Of a stretch of DNA of 32,000 nt, positions 14,930-23,634 are shown piece by piece. This DNA is from Candidatus Iainarchaeum sp. (GTDB lineage Archaea > Iainarchaeota > Iainarchaeia > Iainarchaeales > CSSED10-239): NCBI GenBank assembly GCA_028700115.1, contig JAQVTI010000010.1:4528-36527 (forward strand), written 5' to 3'. The position numbers and the translations under genes are program-made. How positions within the stretch are numbered: the stretch's first letter is position 1; every line of letters starts with the position of its first letter. Below the pieces are notes generated by a model. The model was not told where the DNA came from. It saw only the letters and a list, made by a program, of their open reading frames with translations, and ran no database searches.

Positions 14930-16409
14930 TCCTATTAACTATATAACTTGCAGAAAAATCTTCTAAATCATTATAATTTTGACCTGTTCCTATAAAAAAA
15001 ATTGGCTTTTTAAGCTCATTTAAAATAGAAATTGCAACACCACCTTTAGGGTCAGTATCTATTTTTGTTAAAATAATTCCATCAAGACCAATCTCTGAAT
15101 CAAATTTTGAAATTTGATCAACAATTGATTGCCCAGTTTGAGATTCTCCAATATATATTGTTATATGTGGTTTTATTACTCTTTTAATTTTTTCAAGTTC
15201 TCTTAATAAATTAGAATTTGTATCTTGTCTTCCAGCAGTATCTATTAAAACAATATCATAATTATTAGCTTTTGCAGAAGTAACAGTATCAAAAGCAACA
15301 GCAGCTGGATCAGAACCATAATTTTGTTTAATTATTTTAACTCCAATTCTATTTGCATGTTCTTGTAATTGATCAATACTTCCTGCTCTAAAAGTATCTG
15401 AAGAAGATAAAATTATTTTTTTACCATTATCTTTAAATTTTTTTGCAAACTTTGCAATTGTAGTAGTTTTCCCAGCACCATTTGGACCAACAAATAAAAT
15501 AATTAAAGGTTCTTGTAAATTTTTTGGAATAAATTTATTAAAATCACAATCAATATCAAGCTCTAAAAGTAAACTTTCTTTAATCACATTTTTAATATCT
15601 TCCATTAAATTTTTTTTAGAAAAAGAAGCAGACTTTAACTGTTCTTTCAAACTATTTACAATTGCTTGAGAAGCATTTATTGAAACATCAGCTTCAAGTA
15701 AAGATAACTCAAAATCTTCTAAAAAAAAAGAAATATCACTTTCAGAGAGTTTAATTTTTGAAGAAAATAAAGACTTTAACGAACTAGAAATACCTGTTTT
15801 TATAGAATCTTGCTTTTTAAAACTTAAATCTTGATATTCCTTTGAAGAAAAATCAATTTCTCTTTTAAAACCAGAAGCAAGCTCTTGTTTTGTAAAAGAA
15901 TGACCACTTGGGGGGATATCTTGTTCTTTTTTAATTTTTATTTTTTGTTTTTCTATATATTCTTCTGATTTTAAAAAATTATTTGAATCTCGAGATAAAT
16001 TTTGATTTTGTATAAGATCTTCTTCAACATCAGATTTTATTTTTTCTTCTTCAACATCAGATTTTATTTTTTCTTCTTCAGAAATGTTTTTAATTGAAAT
16101 AGATTTATTTGACTTAACATTATTATTTATTATATTAATATTATTATTTTGACTGTCATTAGCTTCATGTCCAAGAAATAATGGTTTTTCCTTATTTAAA
16201 ATATTTTCATCAGATTTTTCTAAAATATTTTTATTTTGAATAGTTTCAATATTTGATTTATTTTGTAAATCTTTAACTAAATTTTCAGATTTAAAATTAT
16301 TATCTAAAATCTCTTTTGAATCTTTTAAAGAGTCTTTAACTTTTTCTTCTGATTTCCCAAAAACTTTTTCTGCAAACCCTTTAAATTTTTTTTTAAGCAT
16401 CCCAAACAT
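14922..16409 (-). CDS. ftsY: SRP receptor FtsY with a ~290-aa low-complexity N-terminal region
   Basis: The NG domain has VGPNGAGKTTTIAKFA, DTAGRQ and LTKIDTDPKGG. The start is taken as the ATG of MFGMLKKKF, which has GTGAT 5 nt upstream. Confidence 0.93.
   Translation of the reverse strand: MFGMLKKKFKGFAEKVFGKSEEKVKDSLKDSKEILDNNFKSENLVKDLQNKSNIETIQNKNILEKSDENILNKEKPLFLGHEANDSQNNNINIINNNVKSNKSISIKNISEEEKIKSDVEEEKIKSDVEEDLIQNQNLSRDSNNFLKSEEYIEKQKIKIKKEQDIPPSGHSFTKQELASGFKREIDFSSKEYQDLSFKKQDSIKTGISSSLKSLFSSKIKLSESDISFFLEDFELSLLEADVSINASQAIVNSLKEQLKSASFSKKNLMEDIKNVIKESLLLELDIDCDFNKFIPKNLQEPLIILFVGPNGAGKTTTIAKFAKKFKDNGKKIILSSSDTFRAGSIDQLQEHANRIGVKIIKQNYGSDPAAVAFDTVTSAKANNYDIVLIDTAGRQDTNSNLLRELEKIKRVIKPHITIYIGESQTGQSIVDQISKFDSEIGLDGIILTKIDTDPKGGVAISILNELKKPIFFIGTGQNYNDLEDFSASYIVNRII
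16018..16080 (-). repeat. 27-bp in-frame tandem repeat (about 2.3 copies) inside ftsY
   Basis: TTCAACATCAGATTTTATTTTTTCTTC appears twice perfectly (16023-16049 and 16050-16076) with partial flanks. It encodes EEEKIKSDVEEEKIKSDVEE. Confidence 0.9.
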
Positions 16410-16521
16410 AAAAATCACTAATAATTATAAAATATATAAAATATTAAAGGTAAAAAGATTTAAATAATAAACTAGAATAAGATAAATTAAATAAAAATAA
16501 AAAAAAGATAAATTATAAAAA

Positions 16522-16977
16522 TTAGTTTACAACTTGTTTATCTTGTTTTTTATTTTCAGATATTTGCATTTGATTTAATGCTTTTGAAATTTGTTGTAAT
16601 AACCCTACATTCTTTCTATAACTTTCTGTAAATTTTTTTCTAAGATCTAAAAGTTCTTCTTTTCTTTTCTTTAAATCTTCTAAAATTACAGATAACTCTT
16701 TATCAATCATTATATTCCCTGGAAGAGTAACTTTTGCTTCTTTTTTATTAACAACTTCACATTCTACTAATATCCCAGCACCAACATTAACCATTATTTG
16801 TTCTTTATCTTTTGACTTTGAAACTTCTTTTAATGTTTGCTCTGCTTTATTTACTTCTAATAATAAATTCTCAATTTCTTTTAATCTAGATGTAATTCCA
16901 GATAATTCTTGTTCTTTTTGTTTATATAATGAAATTGTCTGATTTTTATTTAATGTAATTTTTTTATTTTCAACCAT
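16522..16977 (-). CDS. pfdA: prefoldin alpha subunit
   Basis: Coiled-coil / beta-hairpin / coiled-coil layout with VNVGAGILVECEVVNKKEAKVTLPGNIMIDKEL. AGGTGA lies 4 nt upstream of the ATG. It occupies the conserved archaeal position next to ftsY and aIF6. Confidence 0.85.
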   Translation of the reverse strand: MVENKKITLNKNQTISLYKQKEQELSGITSRLKEIENLLLEVNKAEQTLKEVSKSKDKEQIMVNVGAGILVECEVVNKKEAKVTLPGNIMIDKELSVILEDLKKRKEELLDLRKKFTESYRKNVGLLQQISKALNQMQISENKKQDKQVVN

Positions 16978-17037
16978 ATTTTCACCTTTTAAATATTTTC
17001 TATAAATATTTTATTTTAAAAACATTTTTTAAATAAA

Positions 17038-17709
17038 TTATTTAATATCTACAATTAAATCATCTATTCTTAATAATTCAGCATTACTAGTTTTATTCCC
17101 AATAAATAAAACTTCTCTATTTCCAATAGCATCATTTCCAACAAATGACCCACCATAATTTAATGTAATAGGTATGCCTTTTACTTTTAATTTTTTTGAA
17201 ATATATTTATAATCTATTTCTGATATATTTGGATTTACTAAAAATAAATGATCATTAACATATAATGAAGATCCAATTAAATCTATTCCAGCAATATTTT
17301 TTTTTTCAATATCAACTTTTAAAAAAGAAGATATTTCTTTAATTGTTTGATCTTTTAAAAAATCTGCTGCAAAACCATAATTTGAATTTAAACAAATTAA
17401 ATTTCCTAATGCATTATAATCATTTATAACTTTTACTTTAATTTTTTCTTTTTCTAAAATATCAATTTCTTTTAAAATTGAATCATCTGTTCCAACAACA
17501 ATTTTATCTTTAAGTCCAATTGAAAAAACCCCTAATAATGGAGATTGATTTATAGATGTTTTTATAATTTTTGTTTCTTTAAAATATTCTTTTAATACTT
17601 TTTCTTCTTTTTTTAGAATATTACTAGGAACTAAACAAAATTCTTCAGTTACAAAAGAATTTACCCCTAAATAAGGATTATTATTTATTGTAGTTTTTTT
17701 TAATTTCAT
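17038..17709 (-). CDS. eif6: translation initiation factor 6 (aIF6)
   Basis: 223 aa. NPYLGVNSFVTEEFCLVP ... SPLLGVFSIGLKD ... ALGNLICLNSNYGF ... IGSSLYVNDHLFLV shows the pentein-repeat pattern of IF6. Confidence 0.9.
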   Translation of the reverse strand: MKLKKTTINNNPYLGVNSFVTEEFCLVPSNILKKEEKVLKEYFKETKIIKTSINQSPLLGVFSIGLKDKIVVGTDDSILKEIDILEKEKIKVKVINDYNALGNLICLNSNYGFAADFLKDQTIKEISSFLKVDIEKKNIAGIDLIGSSLYVNDHLFLVNPNISEIDYKYISKKLKVKGIPITLNYGGSFVGNDAIGNREVLFIGNKTSNAELLRIDDLIVDIK

Positions 17710-17851
17710 TTAAAATTACCTATTTAAAATTAATTATAAAATAAAAAAATAAAAGAAAAAAATTTCTTTTATTAATTGTTTTAGTTTATTTTTTCTTTAA
17801 AGAATAAAATAATTAAAAAAATCAAAAATAATTTATTTTTAGATCTATTAA

Positions 17852-18418
17852 TTATTTAGAAGATTCTATTTCATTTAAAGAATTTTTAGAAGATTTATCT
17901 AAATTTTGTTCTAAAACTTCTGTTTGATCTATTTCATCTTTTAAATCTTTATTAACATCAACTTTTTTTTCTATTTTATTTTCTTTTTTATTTTGTATTT
18001 TATTTTCTTTTTTATTTTCAACTTTTGATGTTTCTTTAGATTTATTTTTAGATGATTTAGATTCCACCATAGAATCTCTTACTTCTTCAAGTTTGTCTTT
18101 AACAGATTGCTTCTTTTTTACTTCTTTTGCTTTATTTAAATCATAATTTTTAAAAGCATCTGAATCTTTTAAGAAAACATATATATTTTCTTTATCATTT
18201 TTTAAAGAAACTTCAATTTTCCTTGGAGGATATCTAATACTATTTTTCCAAAGAAATTCATTTACTTCTTTTGAAAGAAAAACATTTTCTTTTTCTTTTC
18301 TTGTATGTTTTCTTAAGAAATCATAAACTAACCCAACAGCTACATTTGCTCTTTTAGTTCTAGGCTTATCATAAGCCTTTCTTAATGGTATTATATAACT
18401 TTCTGCAGGCATAGACAT
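17852..18418 (-). CDS. rpl31e: ribosomal protein eL31 with a ~90-aa K/E/N-rich C-terminal tail
   Basis: The core YIIPLRKAYDKPRTKRANVAVGLVYDFLRKHTRKE ... EVNEFLWKNSIRYPPRKIEVSL matches L31e. The start ATG overlaps the eL39 stop (TGATG). Confidence 0.85.
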   Translation of the reverse strand: MSMPAESYIIPLRKAYDKPRTKRANVAVGLVYDFLRKHTRKEKENVFLSKEVNEFLWKNSIRYPPRKIEVSLKNDKENIYVFLKDSDAFKNYDLNKAKEVKKKQSVKDKLEEVRDSMVESKSSKNKSKETSKVENKKENKIQNKKENKIEKKVDVNKDLKDEIDQTEVLEQNLDKSSKNSLNEIESSK

Positions 18419-18750
18419 CACTTCTTTCTCTTACTTTTTTTAATACTTTTATTTGTAATAGCAGTAGTATTTCTAGTTCTTACTTTTTTATTAAATCCAA
18501 ATTTAACTTTTTTAGTTCTTTTTCCACTTTTTATAGGACTACTATTTTTTTCTTTTAATTTATCTAAGACTAAAGATCTATATTGAGAACCAAATTCTGT
18601 TTCTCTCCAATTTCTTTTTTGTCTTCTATTCCAAATTCTCTTTCCAGCCTTTTGAATAATCCAAACAGGAATATTCATATATCCAAAACCTACTTTTTTT
18701 CTTTGAGCAATCAGGAATTCTTTAAATTCTCTATCTTTATTTCTTGCCAT
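18418..18750 (-). CDS. rpl39e: ribosomal protein eL39 with a ~55-aa basic C-terminal extension
   Basis: MARNKDREFKEFLIAQRKK ... IPVWIIQKAGKRIWNRRQKRNWRETEFG is L39e-like (MARNK ... vPvWv..kt.r.v....krr.WRr.kl). GGAGTGAT lies 5 nt upstream of this ATG. Confidence 0.8.
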   Translation of the reverse strand: MARNKDREFKEFLIAQRKKVGFGYMNIPVWIIQKAGKRIWNRRQKRNWRETEFGSQYRSLVLDKLKEKNSSPIKSGKRTKKVKFGFNKKVRTRNTTAITNKSIKKSKRKK

Positions 18751-18769
18751 AAAAATCACTCCTTAAGTC

Positions 18770-19336
18770 CTAGTTTTCAGGCTCCTTTATTTGTTCAGAA
18801 TCATTTTTATCTAAAAGATCTATTTTTTCTTTAATTACTTCTTTTTTATCAACTTTAGGTTTTTTAGTTACCACCTTTGGTTTTTCTTCTTTTTCTTCTT
18901 TTTTTATATTAGTTAATACTTTAGAAGCAATAGAATCAAGATATTTTTGACCTTTAGAAGTTAAAATTCTTCCTTTTTTATCATCAGAAATTTTTACAAA
19001 ACCTAACTTTTCTAAATCTTGTAAACAAACTCTAATTATTTTTCCACCAGATTTTCTAAAAACAGCTGGTCTAACACCTCTTCTTTTTTTACCACCATAA
19101 TATGATCTTAAAGAAGAAACAGTTACATTTCCAGAGATATACACTTTTCTTAAAATAGATGCCATTCTGATAAACCACCAATCTGGATCTGTTGGTGCTT
19201 TTTCTCTATGAGAGCCGGTTTTTACAAATACAGCAAACTCTGGCATCAAAACACCCTTATTTTCTTTTAAGTCTTTTGCAACTTCTAAGATTAAAGGATG
19301 AGCCATTACATCTTTAACACTAGTCAAAGTTCTCAC
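18770..19336 (-). CDS. rps19e: ribosomal protein eS19 with a K/E-rich C-terminal tail
   Basis: VKDVMAHPLILEVAKDLKE ... PEFAVFVKTGSHREKAPTDPDWWFIRMASILRKVY ... GGKKRRGVRP matches S19e. The true start may be the TTG at 19327, which has GGTGA 4 nt upstream, rather than the GTG at 19336. Confidence 0.9.
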   Translation of the reverse strand: MRTLTSVKDVMAHPLILEVAKDLKENKGVLMPEFAVFVKTGSHREKAPTDPDWWFIRMASILRKVYISGNVTVSSLRSYYGGKKRRGVRPAVFRKSGGKIIRVCLQDLEKLGFVKISDDKKGRILTSKGQKYLDSIASKVLTNIKKEEKEEKPKVVTKKPKVDKKEVIKEKIDLLDKNDSEQIKEPEN

Positions 19337-19508
19337 CTCATAGTAAATTAATACTATATATTTTTATCCTTTTTTAATAAATTTTTTTAAAAAAAGAATT
19401 ATTTTTAAAAAATCTTTTTTAGAAATTAGATTTTTTAATAAACAATATATATTATAGAAAGAATCTATTTAAATAGCTTTTCTTTATAATAATTTTCTTT
19501 AAAAAAAA

Positions 19509-20858
19509 CTAAATTTTTTGTTCTTTATATAATAAATGTTTTTTCATATAAAAATATGAATAAAAAGCAAAAAACCAAGAAATTATAAAATTTACCCAAA
19601 AAATACTATAAATTCCAAAATCTAAAATAAAAACTACAAAAAAACAACCAATTATTAAAAATATAATTTTTTTAAAAAAAGAACCCCATAATAAAAATCC
19701 TGGTTTTTTAAAAGCTTGAAGTGTATATGCACTAATCATAAAAATAATTTCAGAAAAAACAGATAATATCGTAATTCTTATTATTTTTACACCAATAGTT
19801 ATTACAGAAAGATCTTTTGAAAAAATTATAATTGCATATTTTGAAAAAATAAATAAAATTACTGAAAATAATCCTATAATTAAAAAACTATATTTAAAAG
19901 ATTTGTTAATAGTTTCTTTTATTCTTATAATATTTTTGGCTCCATTATTTTGTGAAACAATTGCAATTAAAGCCATGACTAAACCAATTAATGGAGTTAT
20001 AATAATTTGTTCAATTCTAGAAGAAACACCTACTGCTGCAATAACTTCATTTCCAAAAAAAGATAAAAAATAAATTAAAATTATTGAAGATAATGATAAA
20101 ATAATATTACTAAAACTTGCAGGTAATGAATATTTTAAAATAATCATATAATTTTTTATTTTAGGAATAAAATATTTTAATTTAATTTGTCTAAAAAATG
20201 GATCTTTTAAAATAATCAATAATAAAATTAAAAATTTAATAAAATTAATTAAAATAGTAGCAAAAGCAATACCTTTAAGACCCATTGATGGAATAATCCA
20301 AAATCCATTCATAAATAGAGGATCTAAAATAATATTTGTAATTACTCCTATTACAACTAAATTTCTAAAAGTTTTTGAATCCCCTCTAGATATTAATATT
20401 GAATTTAATAAGTTTATAAAAAGAATAAATGGAATCCCAATATACAAAATATAAACATAATCTAAAGTTAATCTAAAAACCTCTAAATTCAAATGTAATA
20501 AATCTAAAATAGGTTTTGTAAAAAAAATTCCTATTAAAACTAAAAATATAGATAAAAATAAAACTAAAATAATTCCTTGAGCTATTTGTTTTTGAGCATC
20601 TATTTTTTTATTTTCTCCTAATAAATTACCTACAAGAGTATTCATTCCAATACCAATTCCAGACCCTAAACTAATTATTATAAAAAAAATAGGCATAGAA
20701 ACAGTCATTGCAGAAAGGGCATCTACTGATATTTTTCCTGCATAAAATGTATCTATTAAATTATAAAATGTTTGAAAAATAAAACCTATTGCTGCTGGAA
20801 CAGCTATATTTTTAATATGCTTTGAAATACTTCCTTTTGTAAGATCTTCTTTATTCAT
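19509..20858 (-). CDS. MATE-family efflux transporter
   Basis: 12-TM protein. The N-terminus KGSISKHIKNIAVPAAIGFIFQTFYNLIDTFYAGKISVDALSAM is a MatE signature. Start taken at the ATG of MNKEDL. Confidence 0.85.
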   Translation of the reverse strand: MNKEDLTKGSISKHIKNIAVPAAIGFIFQTFYNLIDTFYAGKISVDALSAMTVSMPIFFIIISLGSGIGIGMNTLVGNLLGENKKIDAQKQIAQGIILVLFLSIFLVLIGIFFTKPILDLLHLNLEVFRLTLDYVYILYIGIPFILFINLLNSILISRGDSKTFRNLVVIGVITNIILDPLFMNGFWIIPSMGLKGIAFATILINFIKFLILLLIILKDPFFRQIKLKYFIPKIKNYMIILKYSLPASFSNIILSLSSIILIYFLSFFGNEVIAAVGVSSRIEQIIITPLIGLVMALIAIVSQNNGAKNIIRIKETINKSFKYSFLIIGLFSVILFIFSKYAIIIFSKDLSVITIGVKIIRITILSVFSEIIFMISAYTLQAFKKPGFLLWGSFFKKIIFLIIGCFFVVFILDFGIYSIFWVNFIISWFFAFYSYFYMKKHLLYKEQKI

Positions 20859-20943
20859 ATTTACCAAATAAAAATATATTATTTTTTAATTTTTAAAGAA
20901 AATTGATTTTTAATTTTTAAAAATAATGCTTATTAAAAAAAAA

Positions 20944-21267
20944 TTATTTTTTACAAAGATTAATTTTTTTAATATACCCACAAACAAGACAATTATAAAT
21001 TTTATATTTATAAATTTTATTATTTTTTTTAAGATTTTTAAATCTAATTAAAGTATTTTCTGAATTTCTAATTGTCAAACAATTTTTACAAATTTTTGAA
21101 TGAAATTCCTTAGATAAAGGTTTATTAATTTTTTTAGATAATTCAATTATTAAAGAAATATAATCATAAATATATGGATTTTTTAAATTAATATTTTTAT
21201 TTTCTACTATTGCAAAATTAATTAAAAATTGTATATATTCATTAATTTTTAATTTATTATTACTCAT
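20944..21267 (-). CDS. rnp4: RNase P protein component 4 (Rpp21/Rpr2-type zinc ribbon)
   Basis: An N-terminal helical region is followed by SKEFHSKICKNCLTIRNSENTLIRFK ... YNCLVCGYIKK (CxxC ... CxxC with the Rpr2 K..iCk.C context). It lies 15 nt downstream of tRNA-Gly on the same strand. Confidence 0.65.
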   Translation of the reverse strand: MSNNKLKINEYIQFLINFAIVENKNINLKNPYIYDYISLIIELSKKINKPLSKEFHSKICKNCLTIRNSENTLIRFKNLKKNNKIYKYKIYNCLVCGYIKKINLCKK

Positions 21268-21282
21268 ACTTAAACCTTAGTA

Positions 21283-21354
21283 TGCACTCGCCGGGATTCG
21301 AACCCGAGCCGAAAGCTTGGCAAGCTTCCATACTAACCACTATACTACGAGTGC
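21283..21354 (-). tRNA. tRNA-Gly (anticodon GCC)
   Basis: Reverse complement is GCACTCGTAGTATAGTGGTTAGTATGGAAGCTTGCCAAGCTTTCGGCTCGGGTTCGAATCCCGGCGAGTGCA. Manual folding gives a 7-bp acceptor stem, anticodon stem GAAGC/GCTTT with loop TTGCCAA, T arm TCGGG-TTCGAAT-CCCGG and discriminator A. CCA is not encoded and there is no intron. Confidence 0.93.
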
Positions 21355-21420
21355 TATATTTTAATATGTATTATATAATAAAATCTTTTTAAATTAAACC
21401 TTTTTATTATTTTAATATAA

Positions 21421-23196
21421 TTAAGAATTATTTTTATAACTTGTAATAAATAAAATTAATAAACAAATAAAAATTAAACTTAAAACATACATAAAAATTT
21501 TAAAATAAGAAACATCTTTACTATAATCTTTTACAACTTCTTGCCAAATATCAACATATTCCTCTTCTGTATCAATTATATTGTTTAAAGAATTATTTAC
21601 ATCTATATTTAATTTATTGTCTAAAATAATTTCATTTTTAAAAATTTTAATTGTATTTAAATAATCATAATCTCTTGTAATTTCTAAAAATAAACTATTT
21701 ATATCTTCTGATATAGTTTTTATAATTTTTTTAGATTCACCAGAATAAATGGTAATATTTTCAATATTTTCTTTATTATTATAAAAAAAATTAATATCTA
21801 TATTTTTATTTACATCAGTATAATTAAATGTATCAATATCTATTTGTAAAAAACCATCTTTAAAATGAAATAAAGGATCATATACAAAAAATGCTTCTCT
21901 AAAAATTCCTTTGTCTTTATATATTTCTACAAATGAATTTTCATCTTTTAATTGAGTAGAAACTATAAAATTATAATACATTGGAAAAGAAACTTCTGGA
22001 AGTATATAAAAAAAAGATAATTCTTTTTCTTCAAATGGATCTAAATATATAATAAGATTATTTTCTTTAGGATATATTAATTGAAATTGATTATGTGTAT
22101 TTATTTGTATTAAAGTAATTAAAGGATTAATAGATGTATTTTTAATGAATGCCTTTATTTCAAAAGCACTTTTTTCTTTCATTGTTTTTTCAGAAATAAT
22201 ATCTAAATCTAAAACATTTGAAAATCCTAAATCTTGAAAATTATTTTGAGAATTTATCTTAAAATCAAAAATTCTTTCATGAAAATTTACAGATACGTTA
22301 TTTGCAGTTGTAACTTTATCTTTAATATCTAAAGAATCTTTAGATACATTTAAAAGAATATGAGAGGCATCTACTAATCCTACTTCTCCATAAGTTGGGT
22401 CAACTGGAATCCAACCTTGATTTGGGATATATACTTCAAGCCATGCATGTGCTTGCCATTCATAAGTACTATTAGAATAACCACTAACATATCTTACAGG
22501 AAAACCTCTTGCTCTAAGTAAAGATGCTGCTAAAACTGAAAATTCATCACAAACACCTTCCATTTCTTCTAATACTTTTATAGATTCATAGGTTTTTTCT
22601 GAATATTTTATATTATAAGTAATATTTTGATGAACCCAATTTGTATATTCTACAAGTTCTTTAAAAGCATTATTTGATTTAGAAATTTGTTTAGATAAAC
22701 TTATTATTTCTCCTCTATCTGATTGTATATTTAAAGAAGGTTCTTTATATTCAATAAATTCATTAATATCATTTTCTAAAGAATAAATATTATTTGTAAG
22801 AAGAAATTTATTTTCTGAAATTATATTTGCAAAAATTATAAATTCATAATAATTTTTATCAATAGAAGAAATCTCAAAAACAGCAATTAAATTACCAAAT
22901 TCATCTTTTTCAATTTCTGCAAAATGTTTTTCTCCTTTTGAATCAAAATAATAATATTCTGATGAAACTATTTTTTGAAAAGAAGTATCATAAAAAACAG
23001 GAGTTTTAAAAATAAAATTATTATTAGAATTATAATTTTCAAAAGATACTGGAATTACAATATTTAAATCTAAATCAATTTTTTTAGCTTTAATAACATC
23101 AAAGTTTAATTCTTCTAAATTTGCTTCAGCAATAATATTTATACTATTTAATAATAAAAAAATAATTAAAAAAATTATAACAATATATTTTTTCAT
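21421..23196 (-). CDS. membrane-anchored extracellular transglutaminase-like cysteine protease-fold protein
   Basis: Signal peptide MKKYIVIIFLIIFLLLNSINIIAEA. Transglutaminase core is GVCDEFSVLAASLLRARGFPVRYVSGY ... QAHAWLEVYIPNQGWIPVDPTYGE (Cys-His-Asp). C-terminal TM is IFMYVLSLIFICLLILFITSY. GGTG lies 5 nt upstream of the ATG. Confidence 0.8.
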   Translation of the reverse strand: MKKYIVIIFLIIFLLLNSINIIAEANLEELNFDVIKAKKIDLDLNIVIPVSFENYNSNNNFIFKTPVFYDTSFQKIVSSEYYYFDSKGEKHFAEIEKDEFGNLIAVFEISSIDKNYYEFIIFANIISENKFLLTNNIYSLENDINEFIEYKEPSLNIQSDRGEIISLSKQISKSNNAFKELVEYTNWVHQNITYNIKYSEKTYESIKVLEEMEGVCDEFSVLAASLLRARGFPVRYVSGYSNSTYEWQAHAWLEVYIPNQGWIPVDPTYGEVGLVDASHILLNVSKDSLDIKDKVTTANNVSVNFHERIFDFKINSQNNFQDLGFSNVLDLDIISEKTMKEKSAFEIKAFIKNTSINPLITLIQINTHNQFQLIYPKENNLIIYLDPFEEKELSFFYILPEVSFPMYYNFIVSTQLKDENSFVEIYKDKGIFREAFFVYDPLFHFKDGFLQIDIDTFNYTDVNKNIDINFFYNNKENIENITIYSGESKKIIKTISEDINSLFLEITRDYDYLNTIKIFKNEIILDNKLNIDVNNSLNNIIDTEEEYVDIWQEVVKDYSKDVSYFKIFMYVLSLIFICLLILFITSYKNNS

Positions 23197-23317
23197 AAAA
23201 ACACCTATAAAATAAGATTCTTTAAAGATAATAAGGTTTATAAAATATATTATAAATTTAAAATATAATTAAATTTAAAAATATAAAAATAACTAAATTA
23301 AAAAAAGTAGGAAAAAA

Positions 23318-23390
23318 TGATCCTAGGCAGAGTCGAACTGCCGATCTTCGCCTTGTAAGGGCGACATCATAACCACTAGACCATAGGATC
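23318..23390 (-). tRNA. tRNA-Val (anticodon UAC)
   Basis: Reverse complement is GATCCTATGGTCTAGTGGTTATGATGTCGCCCTTACAAGGCGAAGATCGGCAGTTCGACTCTGCCTAGGATCA. It has a perfect 7-bp acceptor stem, anticodon stem TCGCC/GGCGA with loop CTTACAA, and T arm GGCAG-TTCGACT-CTGCC. Confidence 0.93.
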
Positions 23391-23634
23391 TTTTTAGAAA
23401 TTAAGTTTTTAAAAATAGAATAACTACATTTCTATTTATATTTAAGAACAATAAAATATTTAAAGCTATTTATATTATGTAGTTTAAAAAAAATCAAAAA
23501 AATGTTTTAATTTAAATACATAAAATTAATTTTAAAATCTAAAATTAATAAAAAAATAAATTAAAAAAATAAAAAGATTTAAATACTCTATATCTAATAA
23601 ATATTATATATTTTATATTTAAAGGTGATATTAA

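Noticed and set aside
16978-17851. Possible hidden small genes or RNAs in the gaps flanking aIF6
   Set aside because: The gaps are 60 and 142 nt of almost pure A/T, with no open frame, no GC-rich stem and no SD-ATG pair.
18583-18834. Plus-strand ORF 18583..18834
   Set aside because: It is antisense across rpl39e and the end of rps19e, giving an S/F/L-rich shadow translation.
13269-20867. Track start codons for srp54 (14675), ftsY (16418), rpl39e (18759), rpl31e (18421) and the MATE gene (20867)
   Set aside because: These are GTG or TTG codons 3-9 nt upstream of an ATG that has better Shine-Dalgarno spacing and yields the family-typical N-terminus (MGFGDKL, MFGMLKKKF, MARNK, MNKEDL). I used the ATG starts.
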